Assembly (NCBI GenBank): GCA_965261975.1
Contig: CBDHEC010000016.1
Location: 1 to 48,419 of the forward strand
Direction of reading: 5' to 3'
From: Alphaproteobacteria bacterium
Lineage (GTDB): Bacteria; Pseudomonadota; Alphaproteobacteria; UBA6615
DNA: 48,419 nucleotides
How positions within the stretch are numbered: position 1 is the first letter of the stretch; each line of letters starts with the position of its first letter. Below the pieces are notes generated by a model. It was not told the DNA's origin, ran no database searches, and saw only the letters and a list, made by a program, of their open reading frames with translations. Of the stretch, positions 1-10,295 are shown piece after piece. The position numbers were made by a program, and so were the translations under genes.

Positions 1-942
1 AGATGAGCCGCCCGGGCCCGCTCGAACGGCGCGCGCGATGGCGGCTTGGCTCCTCGAGGATGCGGGCCACGAGATCGCCCAGTTGCACGCCGATGCCGAA
101 ACGGCTCGACCACCATGGCCGCGAGGGCACCCCGGATGACGCTGTCCTCGTCGGTGGCGAACAGCGGCCAGCTTTCGCGCTGTTCGGCGGCCGCCGCAAG
201 CGCCTCGACCGGGGCCGTCGGCAGCAGCGTCGCGGTCCAGCAGAATGACGCTTGTTTCGCCGGCGTCGAGCTCGGAGATGCGATTGCTCACCGCGTTCTG
301 AACGTTCCGAGACCGGGAGCGCCATGATTGATAACCCATGACGCATGGCGGTCGCGCCACCGCTCTGAGTTCCTGCAGGCGGGCCTGGATGTTGCCGTCG
401 ATCGGGGTCGATGGGGATGGCCACGGTTTTCGTGTCCGGCATGCCAGTTTTCGGATCAGCTCGAACTGCTCGCTCATGGGTATGCGCCCGAAGACGATGC
501 CGGTAACCGTGCGCCGCCGGCGGTTACGCTTATGGGCCTCCGCCATTTCCAGCGAGACTCCGGCGACCACGAGGGGGAGGCGCGAATTCGCCGCCACTGC
601 CACTTCGATCGACGGGTCGGAAATGGCGACCAGTATATCGGCACCACGCCGGGCAAACGCGCGCACCTGTTCCGTGGCGAGGGCGGTGTCGGCTCCGGCA
701 TCGGCGATCTCGATGATGATCGTGTCGCCGGGCCAACGACCGCGCTGGGCCAACTGGTCGCGCATACCGTCGATGATCGCCTGGGTATCTGCGCTGTTGG
801 TAATGGTCATCACCGCGACGAACGGTATTTCCTTTTCAGCGCCGCGGTCTTGAGCGAGGCCAACATTGCCGCTTGCGAGCAGGGCCATGAGCGCGAGTGC
901 AAGCGCGGAAATTGTGCCCATGAAAGTCGTGCATCTGGCCAT
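1..942 (-). CDS. ABC transporter substrate-binding protein (ABC_sub_bind/PF04392-like); 3' part has frameshifts and runs off the window
   Basis: Not in the ORF track. Manual translation from ATG at 942: signal peptide, then DGMRDQLAQRG..GADILVAIS..LPLVVAGV..TVTGIV. Family-like segments MPDTKTVAIPIDP and PLFATDEDSVIRGALAA appear in other frames, indicating indels (probably errors near a contig end). Confidence 0.65.
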   Translation of the reverse strand, partial: MARCTTFMGTISALALALMALLASGNVGLAQDRGAEKEIPFVAVMTITNSADTQAIIDGMRDQLAQRGRWPGDTIIIEIADAGADTALATEQVRAFARRGADILVAISDPSIEVAVAANSRLPLVVAGVSLEMAEAHKRNRRRRTVTGIVFGRIPMSEQFELIRKLACRTRKPWPSPSTPIDGNIQARLQELRAVARPPCVMGYQSWRSRSRNVQNAVSNRISELDAGETSVILLDRDAAADGPGRGACGGRRTARKLAAVRHRRGQRHPGCPRGHGGRAVSASACNWAISWPASSRSQAAIARAVRAGPGGSS

Positions 943-973
943 AACGACAGCGTGGCGGCGTCGGTTTGGCGGG

Positions 974-1816
974 TCAATCATGGCCTTTCGCCAACTCGCG
1001 AACAGGCGCGAATGGTGGTTCGCCATCGACCCGGAAATTGCCGATAAAAGATTGCCCTACCGGTCCGGTCAGCCAGTTCACGAGTTTCTGAGCTTCAGCC
1101 GCGGCAACGTGGGGGTGTCGTTCGGGATCGATCGGGATGATGGCGTAGGGATTGGCCAGGTGCGGGCCGCCCTCGAACAGGACATCGAGCTCGCCGCGAT
1201 TGGCAAAATTGGTCCAGGAACCACTTTCGGTGAAGGTATAGGCGGACAGTACGCTCGCCATGTTCAGGGTGGCGCCCATGCCAGAGCCGGTCTCGCGGTA
1301 CCAGCGGGCACGATCCCTCCACGGAGATCGCTTCGCGAGGTCCCAGAGCCCCCGTTCCGCAGCGTTGGTTCCGCTCTCGTCTCCGCGCGAAATAAACCCG
1401 AACTCGCCATCGGCAATCCGGGCCAGAGCCGTTGCGGCGTCCGGCGCGTTGCGGATATTTGCCGGGTCGCTCCTGGGCCCGACGATCAGGAACCGGCTGG
1501 TCATCACCGGGTGGCGGGCGACGCCGTCTCCGCCCGCAACGAAGGCCGCCTCCGCCTCCGGGTGATGCACGAGAACCACGTCGAAATCTCCGCTGCGCCC
1601 GAGTTGCAGGATCGCGCCGGTGCCGCGTACGACGGTCCGGACCTCGATCCCGGCCTCGTCGTGGAACGCATCGAGCAGGGGGCCGAGCAGACCGGAATTG
1701 TCGACCGACGTGGTGGTGCCGAGCAATAAAGTGCGGTCATCATCCGCCGCGGCGGCCAGGGACGACGCCAACAGTATGACCGCAACCAGGAATTTGACGG
1801 TCAGCCGCGCTACCAC
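974..1816 (-). CDS. tupA: Tungstate ABC transporter substrate-binding protein
   Basis: TTTS motif (GTTTSVDNSGLL), GTG, FISRGDESGT, YRETGSGMG; signal peptide; in an operon with permease and ATPase. Confidence 0.9.
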   Translation of the reverse strand: MVARLTVKFLVAVILLASSLAAAADDDRTLLLGTTTSVDNSGLLGPLLDAFHDEAGIEVRTVVRGTGAILQLGRSGDFDVVLVHHPEAEAAFVAGGDGVARHPVMTSRFLIVGPRSDPANIRNAPDAATALARIADGEFGFISRGDESGTNAAERGLWDLAKRSPWRDRARWYRETGSGMGATLNMASVLSAYTFTESGSWTNFANRGELDVLFEGGPHLANPYAIIPIDPERHPHVAAAEAQKLVNWLTGPVGQSFIGNFRVDGEPPFAPVRELAKGHD

Positions 1817-2532
1817 AGCAGCTCGCCGGCGATGAACGCACGGCCTTCCTCGGTTTCGGGTTTCTCAAAAAACGTCGTGGCGTCTGCTGTTTCCAGGAGG
1901 CGGCCCTTGTGCAGAAACAGGATGTCATCGGCAATCCGTCGGGCCTGGCCCAGATCATGGGTCGCCATGACGATCTTGGTGTTGGCGGCGTGAAACCCCT
2001 CGATCAGCGTCTCGACGGCGCGGGTAGCGGCCGGGTCGAGGCTTGCGGTCGGCTCGTCGAGGAACAATATCTCCGGTTCCGTCGCCCAGGCGCGGGCCAG
2101 CGCCAGGCGTTGCTGCTCGCCGCCGGAAAGCACCCGGGCCGGCCGGCGTGCGGCATGGGAGAGGCCGGCAAGCGCCAGTGCCGCGTTCGCGCGGGACAGC
2201 CGGTCGGCACGCGCCACGCCATGTGCTGCGAGTGCGTGAGTGATGTTTCCGACGGCCGAGCGCCGCAGCATCACCGGCTGTTGGAATACCATCGCCTGCC
2301 GCCGTGCGGCGCGTCGCGCGTCGATGGCCCAACGGACCTCGCCCGATGTGGGCGGGAGGAGTCCATGGCAGAGGCGGAGAAGGAGGCTTTTTCCTGCGCC
2401 GTTCGGGCCGAGCAGGACCGTGCGCCGCCCGGCCTGCAAGTCAAAGGATACATCGTCGAGCAAACGGGTGCCGCCGGCCTCGAAGGCGAGGCGGTTGACC
2501 CGCAGGGGGAGAATCGAGGCGGGGCCGCTCAT
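1810..2532 (-). CDS. tupC: Tungstate ABC transporter ATP-binding protein
   Basis: Walker A GPNGAGKS, signature LSGGEQQR, LFLDEPT. Real start is MSGPAS at 2532; the ORF-track extension to 3690 is spurious. Confidence 0.88.
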   Translation of the reverse strand: MSGPASILPLRVNRLAFEAGGTRLLDDVSFDLQAGRRTVLLGPNGAGKSLLLRLCHGLLPPTSGEVRWAIDARRAARRQAMVFQQPVMLRRSAVGNITHALAAHGVARADRLSRANAALALAGLSHAARRPARVLSGGEQQRLALARAWATEPEILFLDEPTASLDPAATRAVETLIEGFHAANTKIVMATHDLGQARRIADDILFLHKGRLLETADATTFFEKPETEEGRAFIAGELLW

Positions 2533-3239
2533 GCCAACGCAGCTCTCTTGCCGGCCGACGTGTTGATGATCTGCACGGCGGCGTTGACGGTGAGAGCCAG
2601 GAACAGGAGCACGATCCCGAGGCCGAGCGCGGTCGAGAGGTTGCCCTTGCTGGTCTCCAGCGCGATGGCGCTGGTCATCACCCGGGTCACGTGGTCGATG
2701 TTGCCGCCGACGATCATTACCGCCCCCACCTCGGCGATGGCGCGGCCGAACCCGGCGAGCACGACCGTGGCCAGGGAATAGCGCGCATCGGTGATCAGCG
2801 TTGCCAGCGTCGTGATCGGCCCGGCGTCGAGCGATCGGAGATGCTCCCCATACTCGACCCACAGGTCGGCGACGATCTGCCGGGTCAGGGCCGCGACGAT
2901 GGGCGTGACCAGGATCGTCTGGGCGATGATCATGGCGGCGGGGGTGAAGAGCAGGCCGAGCACGCCGAGCGGGCCCGCGCGGGACAGTAAAAGAAAAACG
3001 ATCAGGCCGACGACGACCGGCGGCAGGCCCATGAAGGTGTTGAGCAGCAGGATCACGAAACCGCGGCCCGGGAAGCGCTTCAGCGCCACGATGGCGCCCA
3101 GGGGAAAGCCGATCAGGCAGGCCAGCGCGACGGCCGTCAGGCTGACCCGCAGCGACAACCCGACGATCGACATGAAGTCGGGGTCGAAGCTGACCAGAAG
3201 CGCGCCGGCTTCCGCAAAGGCTGTGACGAAGGTTTCCAT
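2529..3239 (-). CDS. tupB: Tungstate ABC transporter permease
   Basis: MGLPPVVVGL, GPLG, AGFGRAIAEVGAVMIVGGNI..TRVMT..IALET motifs; multiple TM segments. Confidence 0.9.
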   Translation of the reverse strand: METFVTAFAEAGALLVSFDPDFMSIVGLSLRVSLTAVALACLIGFPLGAIVALKRFPGRGFVILLLNTFMGLPPVVVGLIVFLLLSRAGPLGVLGLLFTPAAMIIAQTILVTPIVAALTRQIVADLWVEYGEHLRSLDAGPITTLATLITDARYSLATVVLAGFGRAIAEVGAVMIVGGNIDHVTRVMTSAIALETSKGNLSTALGLGIVLLFLALTVNAAVQIINTSAGKRAALA

Positions 3240-3342
3240 CTGGGTTCCGGGCATAACTGCTGGTTCGGGTCCGAGGCCAATATCTATGCAGGCTGGCCGC
3301 GCATGTCCAATCACGCGGTGTTTTTGATATGCTCGGCCCACC

Positions 3343-4179
3343 ATGGCAGCCGACGACAGCATTCAGCCGAACCCCGAAGATCCGCGCCTGACCGAACCGG
3401 TGCGCGGCATCGACCAGGACGGCAACCCCATCGATGCCCGGGTCGTGGTCGAGCGGCCGTTGACGCTTTTCCTGAACGGGCAGGAGATCGTCACCATGAT
3501 GACCATCGGCGACTATCCCGACTATCTCGCCGTGGGTTATCTGGCGAACCAGAACATGCTGCTGCCCGGCGACGAGATCACGGGCATCGACCATGACGAC
3601 GATCTGGGCGTGGTGGTGGTGCGCACCGACCGGGAAACCGACTACGAGGCGCGGCTCAAGAAGAAGACGCTGACCAGCGGCTGCGCCCAAGGCACCGTTT
3701 TTGGCGATCTCATGGAAAGCCTCGAAGGCGTGGTGCTGAAGCCCGATGCGGAGCTACGCACGTCGTGGCTTTACACCCTGACCAAATCCATCAACACGAT
3801 GCCGAGCCTGTATCTCGCCGCGGGCGCGATCCATGGTTGCGTGCTGTGCGAGGAAGACCAGCCGCTGATCTACATGGAAGATGTCGGCCGCCACAACGCG
3901 GTGGACAAGATCGCCGGCTACATGCGCCTCAAAGGCATTCCCGCCGACGACAAGATCTTCTACACGACCGGGCGGCTCACCTCGGAGATGGTCATAAAGA
4001 CCGTGCATATGGGCATCCCCATCCTCGTCTCCCGCTCCGGCTTCACCGCCTGGGGCGTGGAGTTGGCCCGCGAGGCGAACTTGACCCTGATCGGCCGCGC
4101 GCGGGGCAAGCGCTTCATGGCGCTGGCCGGCGAGGGGCGGATCACGTTCGACGCCGACGCAGGGGAAGTCGCGGAATGA
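3343..4179 (+). CDS. fdhD: Formate dehydrogenase accessory sulfurtransferase
   Basis: TSGCAQG, EDVGRHNAVDKIAG, TTGRLTSEMVIK motifs. Confidence 0.93.
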   Translation: MAADDSIQPNPEDPRLTEPVRGIDQDGNPIDARVVVERPLTLFLNGQEIVTMMTIGDYPDYLAVGYLANQNMLLPGDEITGIDHDDDLGVVVVRTDRETDYEARLKKKTLTSGCAQGTVFGDLMESLEGVVLKPDAELRTSWLYTLTKSINTMPSLYLAAGAIHGCVLCEEDQPLIYMEDVGRHNAVDKIAGYMRLKGIPADDKIFYTTGRLTSEMVIKTVHMGIPILVSRSGFTAWGVELAREANLTLIGRARGKRFMALAGEGRITFDADAGEVAE

Positions 4180-4655
4180 CTGAAGAGATCGGTAGCGTAT
4201 CCGAAAACGACTGGGAGATTCGCCGTCCACGCGCGGTCTGGGTTGCGATTGCGGCGGCCGCACCGCTCTCGATCGCTGCGGTCGCGTCCTACGGGTTGTT
4301 GGCGGTCGGGCTGCCGATCCTGCCCTGGTTCGGCGCGGCGATGTTCGCCCTAACGACCCTGATCTTCGCCGTCCTGATGGCGATCTGGCTGGTCCGGCGC
4401 GGCAGTCTGGCCTTTGCCCGTCGCGCAGAGTTGATTGCGCCGGCGTTCGGCCGGGCGCTGATGGCGATCCTGATCGCCGATTTCGCCATTCTCGTCTGGT
4501 TCGTGCTCCTGTCCGACGGCGGCGATGTGCCCGGGACCGTCATGTCGATCTGGATCGTCGGGTCTTTCCTGATGTGGCTGCTCGGAACCCCGATCGCGTT
4601 CCTCTGTGTGCTGTTGTTCGGCTACATCGCCCTCGGGCGGATCCCCGGACGTTGA
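4176..4655 (+). CDS. Hypothetical membrane protein (about 4 TM)
   Basis: ATG overlaps the fdhD stop (ATGA); hydrophobic segments; stop overlaps the mobA start. Confidence 0.7.
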   Translation: MTEEIGSVSENDWEIRRPRAVWVAIAAAAPLSIAAVASYGLLAVGLPILPWFGAAMFALTTLIFAVLMAIWLVRRGSLAFARRAELIAPAFGRALMAILIADFAILVWFVLLSDGGDVPGTVMSIWIVGSFLMWLLGTPIAFLCVLLFGYIALGRIPGR

Positions 4656-5275
4656 CCGGTTCGCCTTCCATCCTCGGCGTCATCCTCGCGGGCGGGCAGG
4701 CGCGGCGGCTCGGCGGCGGCGACAAGGCGCTACACAACGTCGGTGGGCGGCCCCTGCTGGCCCACGCGATCGAACGTCTCGAACCCCAGGTCTCGCGAAT
4801 CGCCCTCAACGCCAACGGCGATCCGGCACGGTTTGCGGCGTTCGGCCTGCCGGTCGTCGCGGACACTGTGGATGGATTTGCCGGGCCCCTTGCGGGTGTG
4901 TTGGCGGGGCTCGACTGGGCGGCGGAAAATGCCCGCGATTGTGAGTGGGTCGTGACGGTCGCGACGGATGCCCCCTTCTTTCCCGAGGACCTGGTCGCGC
5001 GCCTCGTCGCGGTGACGGAATCCGAGGGCGCGGACCTGGCATGCGCGGAAACCGGGGGGCGGACCCACCCGGTGTTCGGTCTCTGGCCGGTCGGGCTGCG
5101 CGAGGATTTGCGTCATGCACTCGTGGAGGAGGACATCCGCAAGGTCGATCTCTGGACCGCGCGACACAGGTTGGCGGTGGTCTCTTTTCCCGTTCCGGTG
5201 GTCGATCCGTTCTTCAACATCAACCATCCGGAAGACGTCGTGGCGGCAGAGAGAATTTTCACAAGCTTGAAATAG
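4652..5275 (+). CDS. mobA: Molybdenum cofactor guanylyltransferase
   Basis: [38 protein letters not shown]; TTG start overlapping the upstream stop. Confidence 0.92.
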   Translation: MTGSPSILGVILAGGQARRLGGGDKALHNVGGRPLLAHAIERLEPQVSRIALNANGDPARFAAFGLPVVADTVDGFAGPLAGVLAGLDWAAENARDCEWVVTVATDAPFFPEDLVARLVAVTESEGADLACAETGGRTHPVFGLWPVGLREDLRHALVEEDIRKVDLWTARHRLAVVSFPVPVVDPFFNINHPEDVVAAERIFTSLK

Positions 5276-5296
5276 TCCGAAGGTTGGATACGTGAA

Positions 5297-5325
5297 TTGA
5301 CTCTTGTCTCCGGACTCACTTAAAT
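5297..5325 (+). promoter_or_regulatory. Sigma70-type promoter of the intergenic RNA
   Basis: TTGACT-N17-TTAAAT. Confidence 0.6.
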
Positions 5326-5331
5326 CGCGTC

Positions 5332-5557
5332 CGCATAATAAAACACCCTGGCAAAGCCGAGGTGTCGCGCACCAGTCGGAAGCAAATTTTGGCGGTGCGC
5401 AAGACGGCCCGAGGGAGGGGAGGAGAGGAGAGCAAAGACGGACGAGCGCCTGGCGCTCAACCAGCGGGAATGGAACAAAAATAGACCTACCCGTGGAAAA
5501 TGCTCTTGCTTAGATCTGAGGGGTCCGGTGCGGATACGTGCCGGACCTTTTCTTTTT
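5332..5557 (+). ncRNA. Candidate structured small RNA, GGA-rich
   Basis: Lies between a sigma70-like promoter and an intrinsic terminator, with no credible ORF. Stems ACACC/GGTGT, GCGCACC/GGTGCGC (inner stem with G-U pairs), AGAGCA/TGCTCT, GAGCGC/GCGCTC. Confidence 0.55.
5522..5557 (+). terminator. Rho-independent terminator
   Basis: GGTCCGG-tgcg-gata-cgtg-CCGGACC followed by TTTTCTTTTT. Confidence 0.8.
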
Positions 5558-5580
5558 GCCCCGCCGGGTCCGGAATTGGG

Positions 5581-6129
5581 CTACTCGACCTCTTTCAGGT
5601 TTCCCTCATCATCCACTTCGAGGCCGGTCTCCCGCGCGCGATCGATCACGCTGGGGTGCCAGGCGACGTTGCCTGCGTCGGGCCCGCCGACGATCGCCAG
5701 CATCATCGCGTCGTCCTCGTCGGTGATGCAGCGGAAGCCGCGATACACGCCCGTCGGCACGCTGACCACGTCGAGGGGCTCCAGCGCGATCGCGCGTTCC
5801 TCCTCGCCCTCCAGCCAGACAACCTCCCAGGTGCCCTTCATGGGCACGAACACTTCTTCGGTCTGATGTACATGGAAGGCCGGGCCCGCGCCGCCGTCGT
5901 TGGTCCGCTTATTGTAGACGAGGGAGAACCCAACTGCGTTGCCCAGCTTCGGGACGAGGTCGGGGTCGTCGCGGTTTTCGGTCACGTTCATGCCGATGAC
6001 GTTGACGATCTCGCGCTCATGCCCGGGCATGCGCTGGTCCAGGTAGGCGATCTCCGAGCCGTTGCAGTCGGCGTAGCGAACCACATGGTTCTTCTCCATG
6101 TCGGCGGTAGAAATTTTTGGTGTGTCCAT
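5581..6129 (-). CDS. Cupin-domain protein
   Basis: HVHQTEEVF and VVSVPTGVYRGF cupin motifs; paralog at 16148-16690. Confidence 0.8.
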   Translation of the reverse strand: MDTPKISTADMEKNHVVRYADCNGSEIAYLDQRMPGHEREIVNVIGMNVTENRDDPDLVPKLGNAVGFSLVYNKRTNDGGAGPAFHVHQTEEVFVPMKGTWEVVWLEGEEERAIALEPLDVVSVPTGVYRGFRCITDEDDAMMLAIVGGPDAGNVAWHPSVIDRARETGLEVDDEGNLKEVE

Positions 6130-6197
6130 GGGTCGTCCTCCGCTTGTCGAGCGGGAAAGTCTCGGGCGACCCGGGGGGCGGAGTCAATCTCGGCTGG

Positions 6198-8972
6198 TTA
6201 TTCTGCCGCCGCGGTCTTGGCGCCGGCTTCAACCTTCGCCGCGCAGAATTTGAACTCGGGGATCTTGCCGAACGGGTCGAGCTGCGGGTTGGTCAGCAGG
6301 TTGGCCGCCGCCTCGGCGAAGCAGAAGGGAATGAAGACCATCCCCTCGGGCACGTCCCGGTCCGCGCGGACCGCGATATCGATGGCGCCGCGCCGGGTCG
6401 AGACCCGGATCGGGTCCCCCGGCCAGACATCGAGGCGCTTCATTTCGCGCGGGTGCAGCGAGGCCACCGCCGCGGGTTCGAGATGGTCGAGGATGGTCGC
6501 ACGCCGGGTGATGGCGCCGGTGTGCCAGTGTTCGAGCATGCGCCCGGTCGAGAGCACCATCGGGTAGTCGGGGTCGGGCAGCTCGTCGGGCGGCAGCACT
6601 TCGGTCGGTACGAACTTGCCCCGGCCCGACGCGGTGGGGAAACCGCTGGCGAACATGATCTCCGTGCCGGGCCCGTCCTCATGGTCGCAGGGATAGGTCA
6701 CCGCATCCTCGCGCTCCAGCCGCTCCCAGCTGATTCCGTCGATCGAATGCATCGCCTCGCGCAGCTCGGCATAGACGTCGGCCGGGCCGTCATACTGCCA
6801 GTCGAGGCCGACGCGCCGTGCGAGCTCCTGGATGATCCACCAATCCTGCCGGGCCTCTCCCGGCGCATCGAGGGCCGGGCGGCCCAGCTGGACCTGGCGG
6901 TTGGTGTTGGTCACCGTGCCGGATTTCTCGGGCCAGGCCGACGCGGGCAAAATCACGTCAGCATGAAAGGCTGTCTCGGTCAGGAAGATTTCCTGCACCA
7001 CCAGATGCTCTAGCGCGGCCAGGCCCTGGCGGGCATGGTGCTGGTCCGGGTCCGACATGGCCGGGTTTTCGCCCATGACATACATGGCCCGGATGTCGCC
7101 CGCGCGTGCGGCATCCACGATCTCGACCACGGTCAGCCCCGGTTCGGGATTGAGGTCCTCGACGTCCCACAGCTTTTCGAACTTCGCCTTCGTGTCCGGG
7201 TCGGCCACGCTCTGATAGTCGGGATAGACCATCGGGATCAGGCCTGCGTCGGACGCACCCTGGACGTTGTTCTGGCCGCGCAGCGGGTGCAGGCCGGTGC
7301 CGGGCCGGCCGACCTGGCCGGTCATCAGCGCCAGGGAGATCAGGCAGCGCGCATTGTCGGTGCCGTGGACATGCTGGGAGATGCCCATGCCCCAGAAGAT
7401 GATCGCCCGTTCGGCGGTGGCGTAGGTGCGCGCGATGGTCTTGATGGTCTCGGCGTCGATGCCGCAGACCTCGGACATGGCTTCTGGCGTGAAGTCGGTG
7501 AGGGAGGCGCGCAGGGCCTCATAATCCTCGGTGTAACCGGCGATATACTGCTCGTCGGTGAGCTCCTCGGCGACGATCGTGTGCATGATCGCGTTGAGCA
7601 GCGCGACGTCGGTCCCCGGCTTGAACTGCAGGAAGTGGTCGGCGTGGCGGGTCAGCGCATAGCCGCGCGGATCCATCAGGATCAGCTTGGCCCCGCGCTT
7701 GGCCGCGTCCTTGATATAGGTGGCCGCGACCGGATGGTTCTCCGTTGGCCGTGCGCCGATGACAATGATGCAGTCGGTATCCTCAGCCGCCGTAAACGGC
7801 GCGGTGACGGCGCCCGAACCGATAGTTTCCATGAGTGCGGCCACGGAGCTGGCATGGCACAGCCGGGTGCAGTGATCGACATTGTTGGTGCGGAAACCGG
7901 CGCGGATCAGCTTCTGGAACAGATACGCCTCTTCGTTGGAGCCCTTGGCCGAACCGAAGCCAGCGACCGCATTGCCGCCATGGGTGTCGCGTACCCGGTT
8001 CAGGCCCGCGGCGGCCGCTTCCAGGGCCTCGTCCCAGCTCGCCTCGCGGAAATGGGTCGAGGGGTCGGCGGGATCGACCTGGTCGTCCCAGCGCTTGCCG
8101 ACGCCTTCCTTGCGGATCAGGGGTTTCGTCAGCCGGTGGGGGTGGTGCACATAGTCGAGCCCGAAGCGGCCTTTCACGCATAGGCGCTGCTCGTTGGCCG
8201 GGCCGTCGCGGCCCTCGACCTTCTGAATCTTGCCGTCCTTCAGGTGATAGGTGATCTGGCAGCCGACCCCGCAGAAGGGGCAGACGCTGTCGACGGTCTC
8301 GTTGGCCTTCGCCACGCCGACGCCGTCTTCGTCGACCATAGTCGACGGCAGCAGGGCGCCGGTGGGGCAGGCCTGAACGCATTCGCCGCAGGCGACACAG
8401 GTCGACTGGCCCATGGGGTCGTCGAAGTCGAACACGATCTTGGATTCCGCGCCCCGCGCGGCCATGCCGATCACGTCGTTCGACTGCACCTCGCGGCACG
8501 CCCGCACGCACAGATTGCAATGGATGCAGGCATCGAGATTGACCGCCATGGCGGCGTGGCTGGAATCCGCTTCGGGCGCCGTATCGCGGGCTGGAAAACG
8601 GCTTGAGGCCACGTCCACCCGGTCCGCCCATTGCCAGAATTTTGAATCCCCGTCATGCGCCGTTTTGCGGTCCGGCTGATCGGCCGCCAGCATCTCGATA
8701 ACCATTTCGCGTGCCTTGCGCGCGCGCTCGGCCTCGGTGTCCACCACCATGCCGTCGGTCGGTTGGCGCAGGCAGGATGCCGCCAGCACCCGTTCCCCCT
8801 CGATATAGACCACGCAGGCGCGGCAATTGCCGTCCGGCCGGTAGCCTGGCTCGGGGGCGTAACAGAGATGCGGGATCTCGGTGCCCTCGCGCGCCGCGAC
8901 CTGCCAGATGGTCTCATCGGGCGCGGCTGTGACCTCGCGCCCGTTGAGGGTGAACCGGATCGTCTTGCTCAT
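6198..8972 (-). CDS. fdhF: NAD-dependent formate dehydrogenase alpha subunit (Mo/W-bis-PGD, Cys ligand)
   Basis: N-terminal 2Fe-2S and 4Fe-4S motifs, CPFCGVGC, NNVDHCTRLCHAS, PLRGQNNVQG, C-terminal LSTGRMLEHWHTG. Confidence 0.95.
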   Translation of the reverse strand: MSKTIRFTLNGREVTAAPDETIWQVAAREGTEIPHLCYAPEPGYRPDGNCRACVVYIEGERVLAASCLRQPTDGMVVDTEAERARKAREMVIEMLAADQPDRKTAHDGDSKFWQWADRVDVASSRFPARDTAPEADSSHAAMAVNLDACIHCNLCVRACREVQSNDVIGMAARGAESKIVFDFDDPMGQSTCVACGECVQACPTGALLPSTMVDEDGVGVAKANETVDSVCPFCGVGCQITYHLKDGKIQKVEGRDGPANEQRLCVKGRFGLDYVHHPHRLTKPLIRKEGVGKRWDDQVDPADPSTHFREASWDEALEAAAAGLNRVRDTHGGNAVAGFGSAKGSNEEAYLFQKLIRAGFRTNNVDHCTRLCHASSVAALMETIGSGAVTAPFTAAEDTDCIIVIGARPTENHPVAATYIKDAAKRGAKLILMDPRGYALTRHADHFLQFKPGTDVALLNAIMHTIVAEELTDEQYIAGYTEDYEALRASLTDFTPEAMSEVCGIDAETIKTIARTYATAERAIIFWGMGISQHVHGTDNARCLISLALMTGQVGRPGTGLHPLRGQNNVQGASDAGLIPMVYPDYQSVADPDTKAKFEKLWDVEDLNPEPGLTVVEIVDAARAGDIRAMYVMGENPAMSDPDQHHARQGLAALEHLVVQEIFLTETAFHADVILPASAWPEKSGTVTNTNRQVQLGRPALDAPGEARQDWWIIQELARRVGLDWQYDGPADVYAELREAMHSIDGISWERLEREDAVTYPCDHEDGPGTEIMFASGFPTASGRGKFVPTEVLPPDELPDPDYPMVLSTGRMLEHWHTGAITRRATILDHLEPAAVASLHPREMKRLDVWPGDPIRVSTRRGAIDIAVRADRDVPEGMVFIPFCFAEAAANLLTNPQLDPFGKIPEFKFCAAKVEAGAKTAAAE

Positions 8973-9019
8973 GTCCCGATTATATCACGCGAGCGGCGCC
9001 CGCGTGGACAGGGAATAGG

Positions 9020-9466
9020 TCAGCGAATCTCGATCAGCTCGACATCGAACATCAACGTGGCATTCGGCGGAATGACGCCGCCCGCACCGCGTGCGCCATA
9101 GCCGAGTGCCGGCGGGATGATCAGCGTGCGCTTGCCGCCCGGGCGCATGCCCGCCACGCCTTCGTCCCAGCCGCCGATCACGCGGCCGGCGCCCAGCGGG
9201 AAGTTGAAGGGCTGGTTGCGGTCAACCGAGCTGTCGAACTTGCTGCCCTTCTCACCATCGACATAAAGCCAGCCGGTGTAGTGGACGACCACATTGTCGC
9301 CGGCCTTGGCTTTCTCACCGGCGCCGGGGGCGTTGTCGATATAGCGCAGGCCGCTGGAGGTGGTGACAGTGTCTTGGGCGTTTGAATCGTTGGGCATGAT
9401 GAAAACCATTGCCGCGGCCAGAAGCATCGCGGTCAGCAAGTGTTGGAGACGATTTAGGCGTGCCAT
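9020..9466 (-). CDS. FKBP-type peptidyl-prolyl cis-trans isomerase, secreted
   Basis: [47 protein letters not shown]. Confidence 0.93.
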   Translation of the reverse strand: MARLNRLQHLLTAMLLAAAMVFIMPNDSNAQDTVTTSSGLRYIDNAPGAGEKAKAGDNVVVHYTGWLYVDGEKGSKFDSSVDRNQPFNFPLGAGRVIGGWDEGVAGMRPGGKRTLIIPPALGYGARGAGGVIPPNATLMFDVELIEIR

Positions 9467-9552
9467 GGGATACCTCTGAATTGGAAAGTGCAAGACCGGA
9501 CCAGCACTAGCCCGGTCCTGCACTCTTTCGAAATAAACAGCGCGTGAAGACA

Positions 9553-9996
9553 TCACGCATTGGCCTGGAGAATACCCCGTTGCACCGCGCTCGTCAGTGC
9601 CGGTCCTTCATAAAGTCCCATCGCGTTGGTTTGCGGCAGGAAACCGAACTTGGCGTAGAAATCCTCCTTGCCGAAAACCGACGTCAGGAAGATCCGCTCG
9701 AACGGAAGCTTCGCCAGCAGGCCTTCCACCAGCATCCGGCCAACGCCGCAGCCCTGATGTTGCGGGGCGACCACCACGTCGAACACCGTCGCGTAGTAGA
9801 CCCCGTCGGAAGTGGCACGTGCAGCAGCGACGAGTTCGTCACCCTTATGGACGAAAACCGATGCGTAACTGCCGTGAAAGGCGCGCGCGATATCGAACGC
9901 CTTGCGGTCGAACAGGTTTGCCGCGGCCATGATGTTGGCCAGCGCCCACCAGTCGATGGTCGAGAGTTCGTCGCTTAATCTGTATTCGTTTTGCAT
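9553..9996 (-). CDS. GNAT family N-acetyltransferase
   Basis: [15 protein letters not shown] acetyl-CoA motif; FYAKFGF. Confidence 0.85.
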   Translation of the reverse strand: MQNEYRLSDELSTIDWWALANIMAAANLFDRKAFDIARAFHGSYASVFVHKGDELVAAARATSDGVYYATVFDVVVAPQHQGCGVGRMLVEGLLAKLPFERIFLTSVFGKEDFYAKFGFLPQTNAMGLYEGPALTSAVQRGILQANA

Positions 9997-10295
9997 GGTT
10001 CGGTCCCCGCTTGTTTGGGTTGTTTGCCGGGTCCACGCACAAAAAAACCGCCGTGCATGTTGCCGGCGGTCCGTTGGTCTTCTGTGATGTGATGGGTGCT
10101 AAGCCATCGTCCTCACAAACACGGAACCGCCCTCGCTCGCGCGTCGCGCGGCAAGTTCCCACATGTAATTCGTCATGGCGGTTCGGTTTGTCATGGCGCG
10201 GCTTTTAGGCGCGTTCACGAACCGGGTCAACCCGCGAATGTTGACCGCGCGGTTGCGGAGGCGTGAACATGGGGGAAAATGGGGGACAAGGCATC

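Noticed and set aside
1-500. Programmed frameshifting or true pseudogenisation of the ABC binding protein
   Set aside because: Several scattered indels near the window edge look like low-quality consensus; this cannot be resolved without reads.
2533-3690. N-terminal extension of the 626-aa tupC ORF
   Set aside because: Overlaps tupB and fdhD in other frames; the ABC ATPase begins at 2532.
5343-5400. c-di-GMP-I or molybdenum cofactor riboswitch
   Set aside because: Only short GCAAA words match, and there is no downstream co-oriented gene to regulate.
6198-8972. Selenocysteine in the FDH alpha subunit or in the cargo glutathione peroxidase
   Set aside because: Both have Cys codons at the active site and uninterrupted frames.
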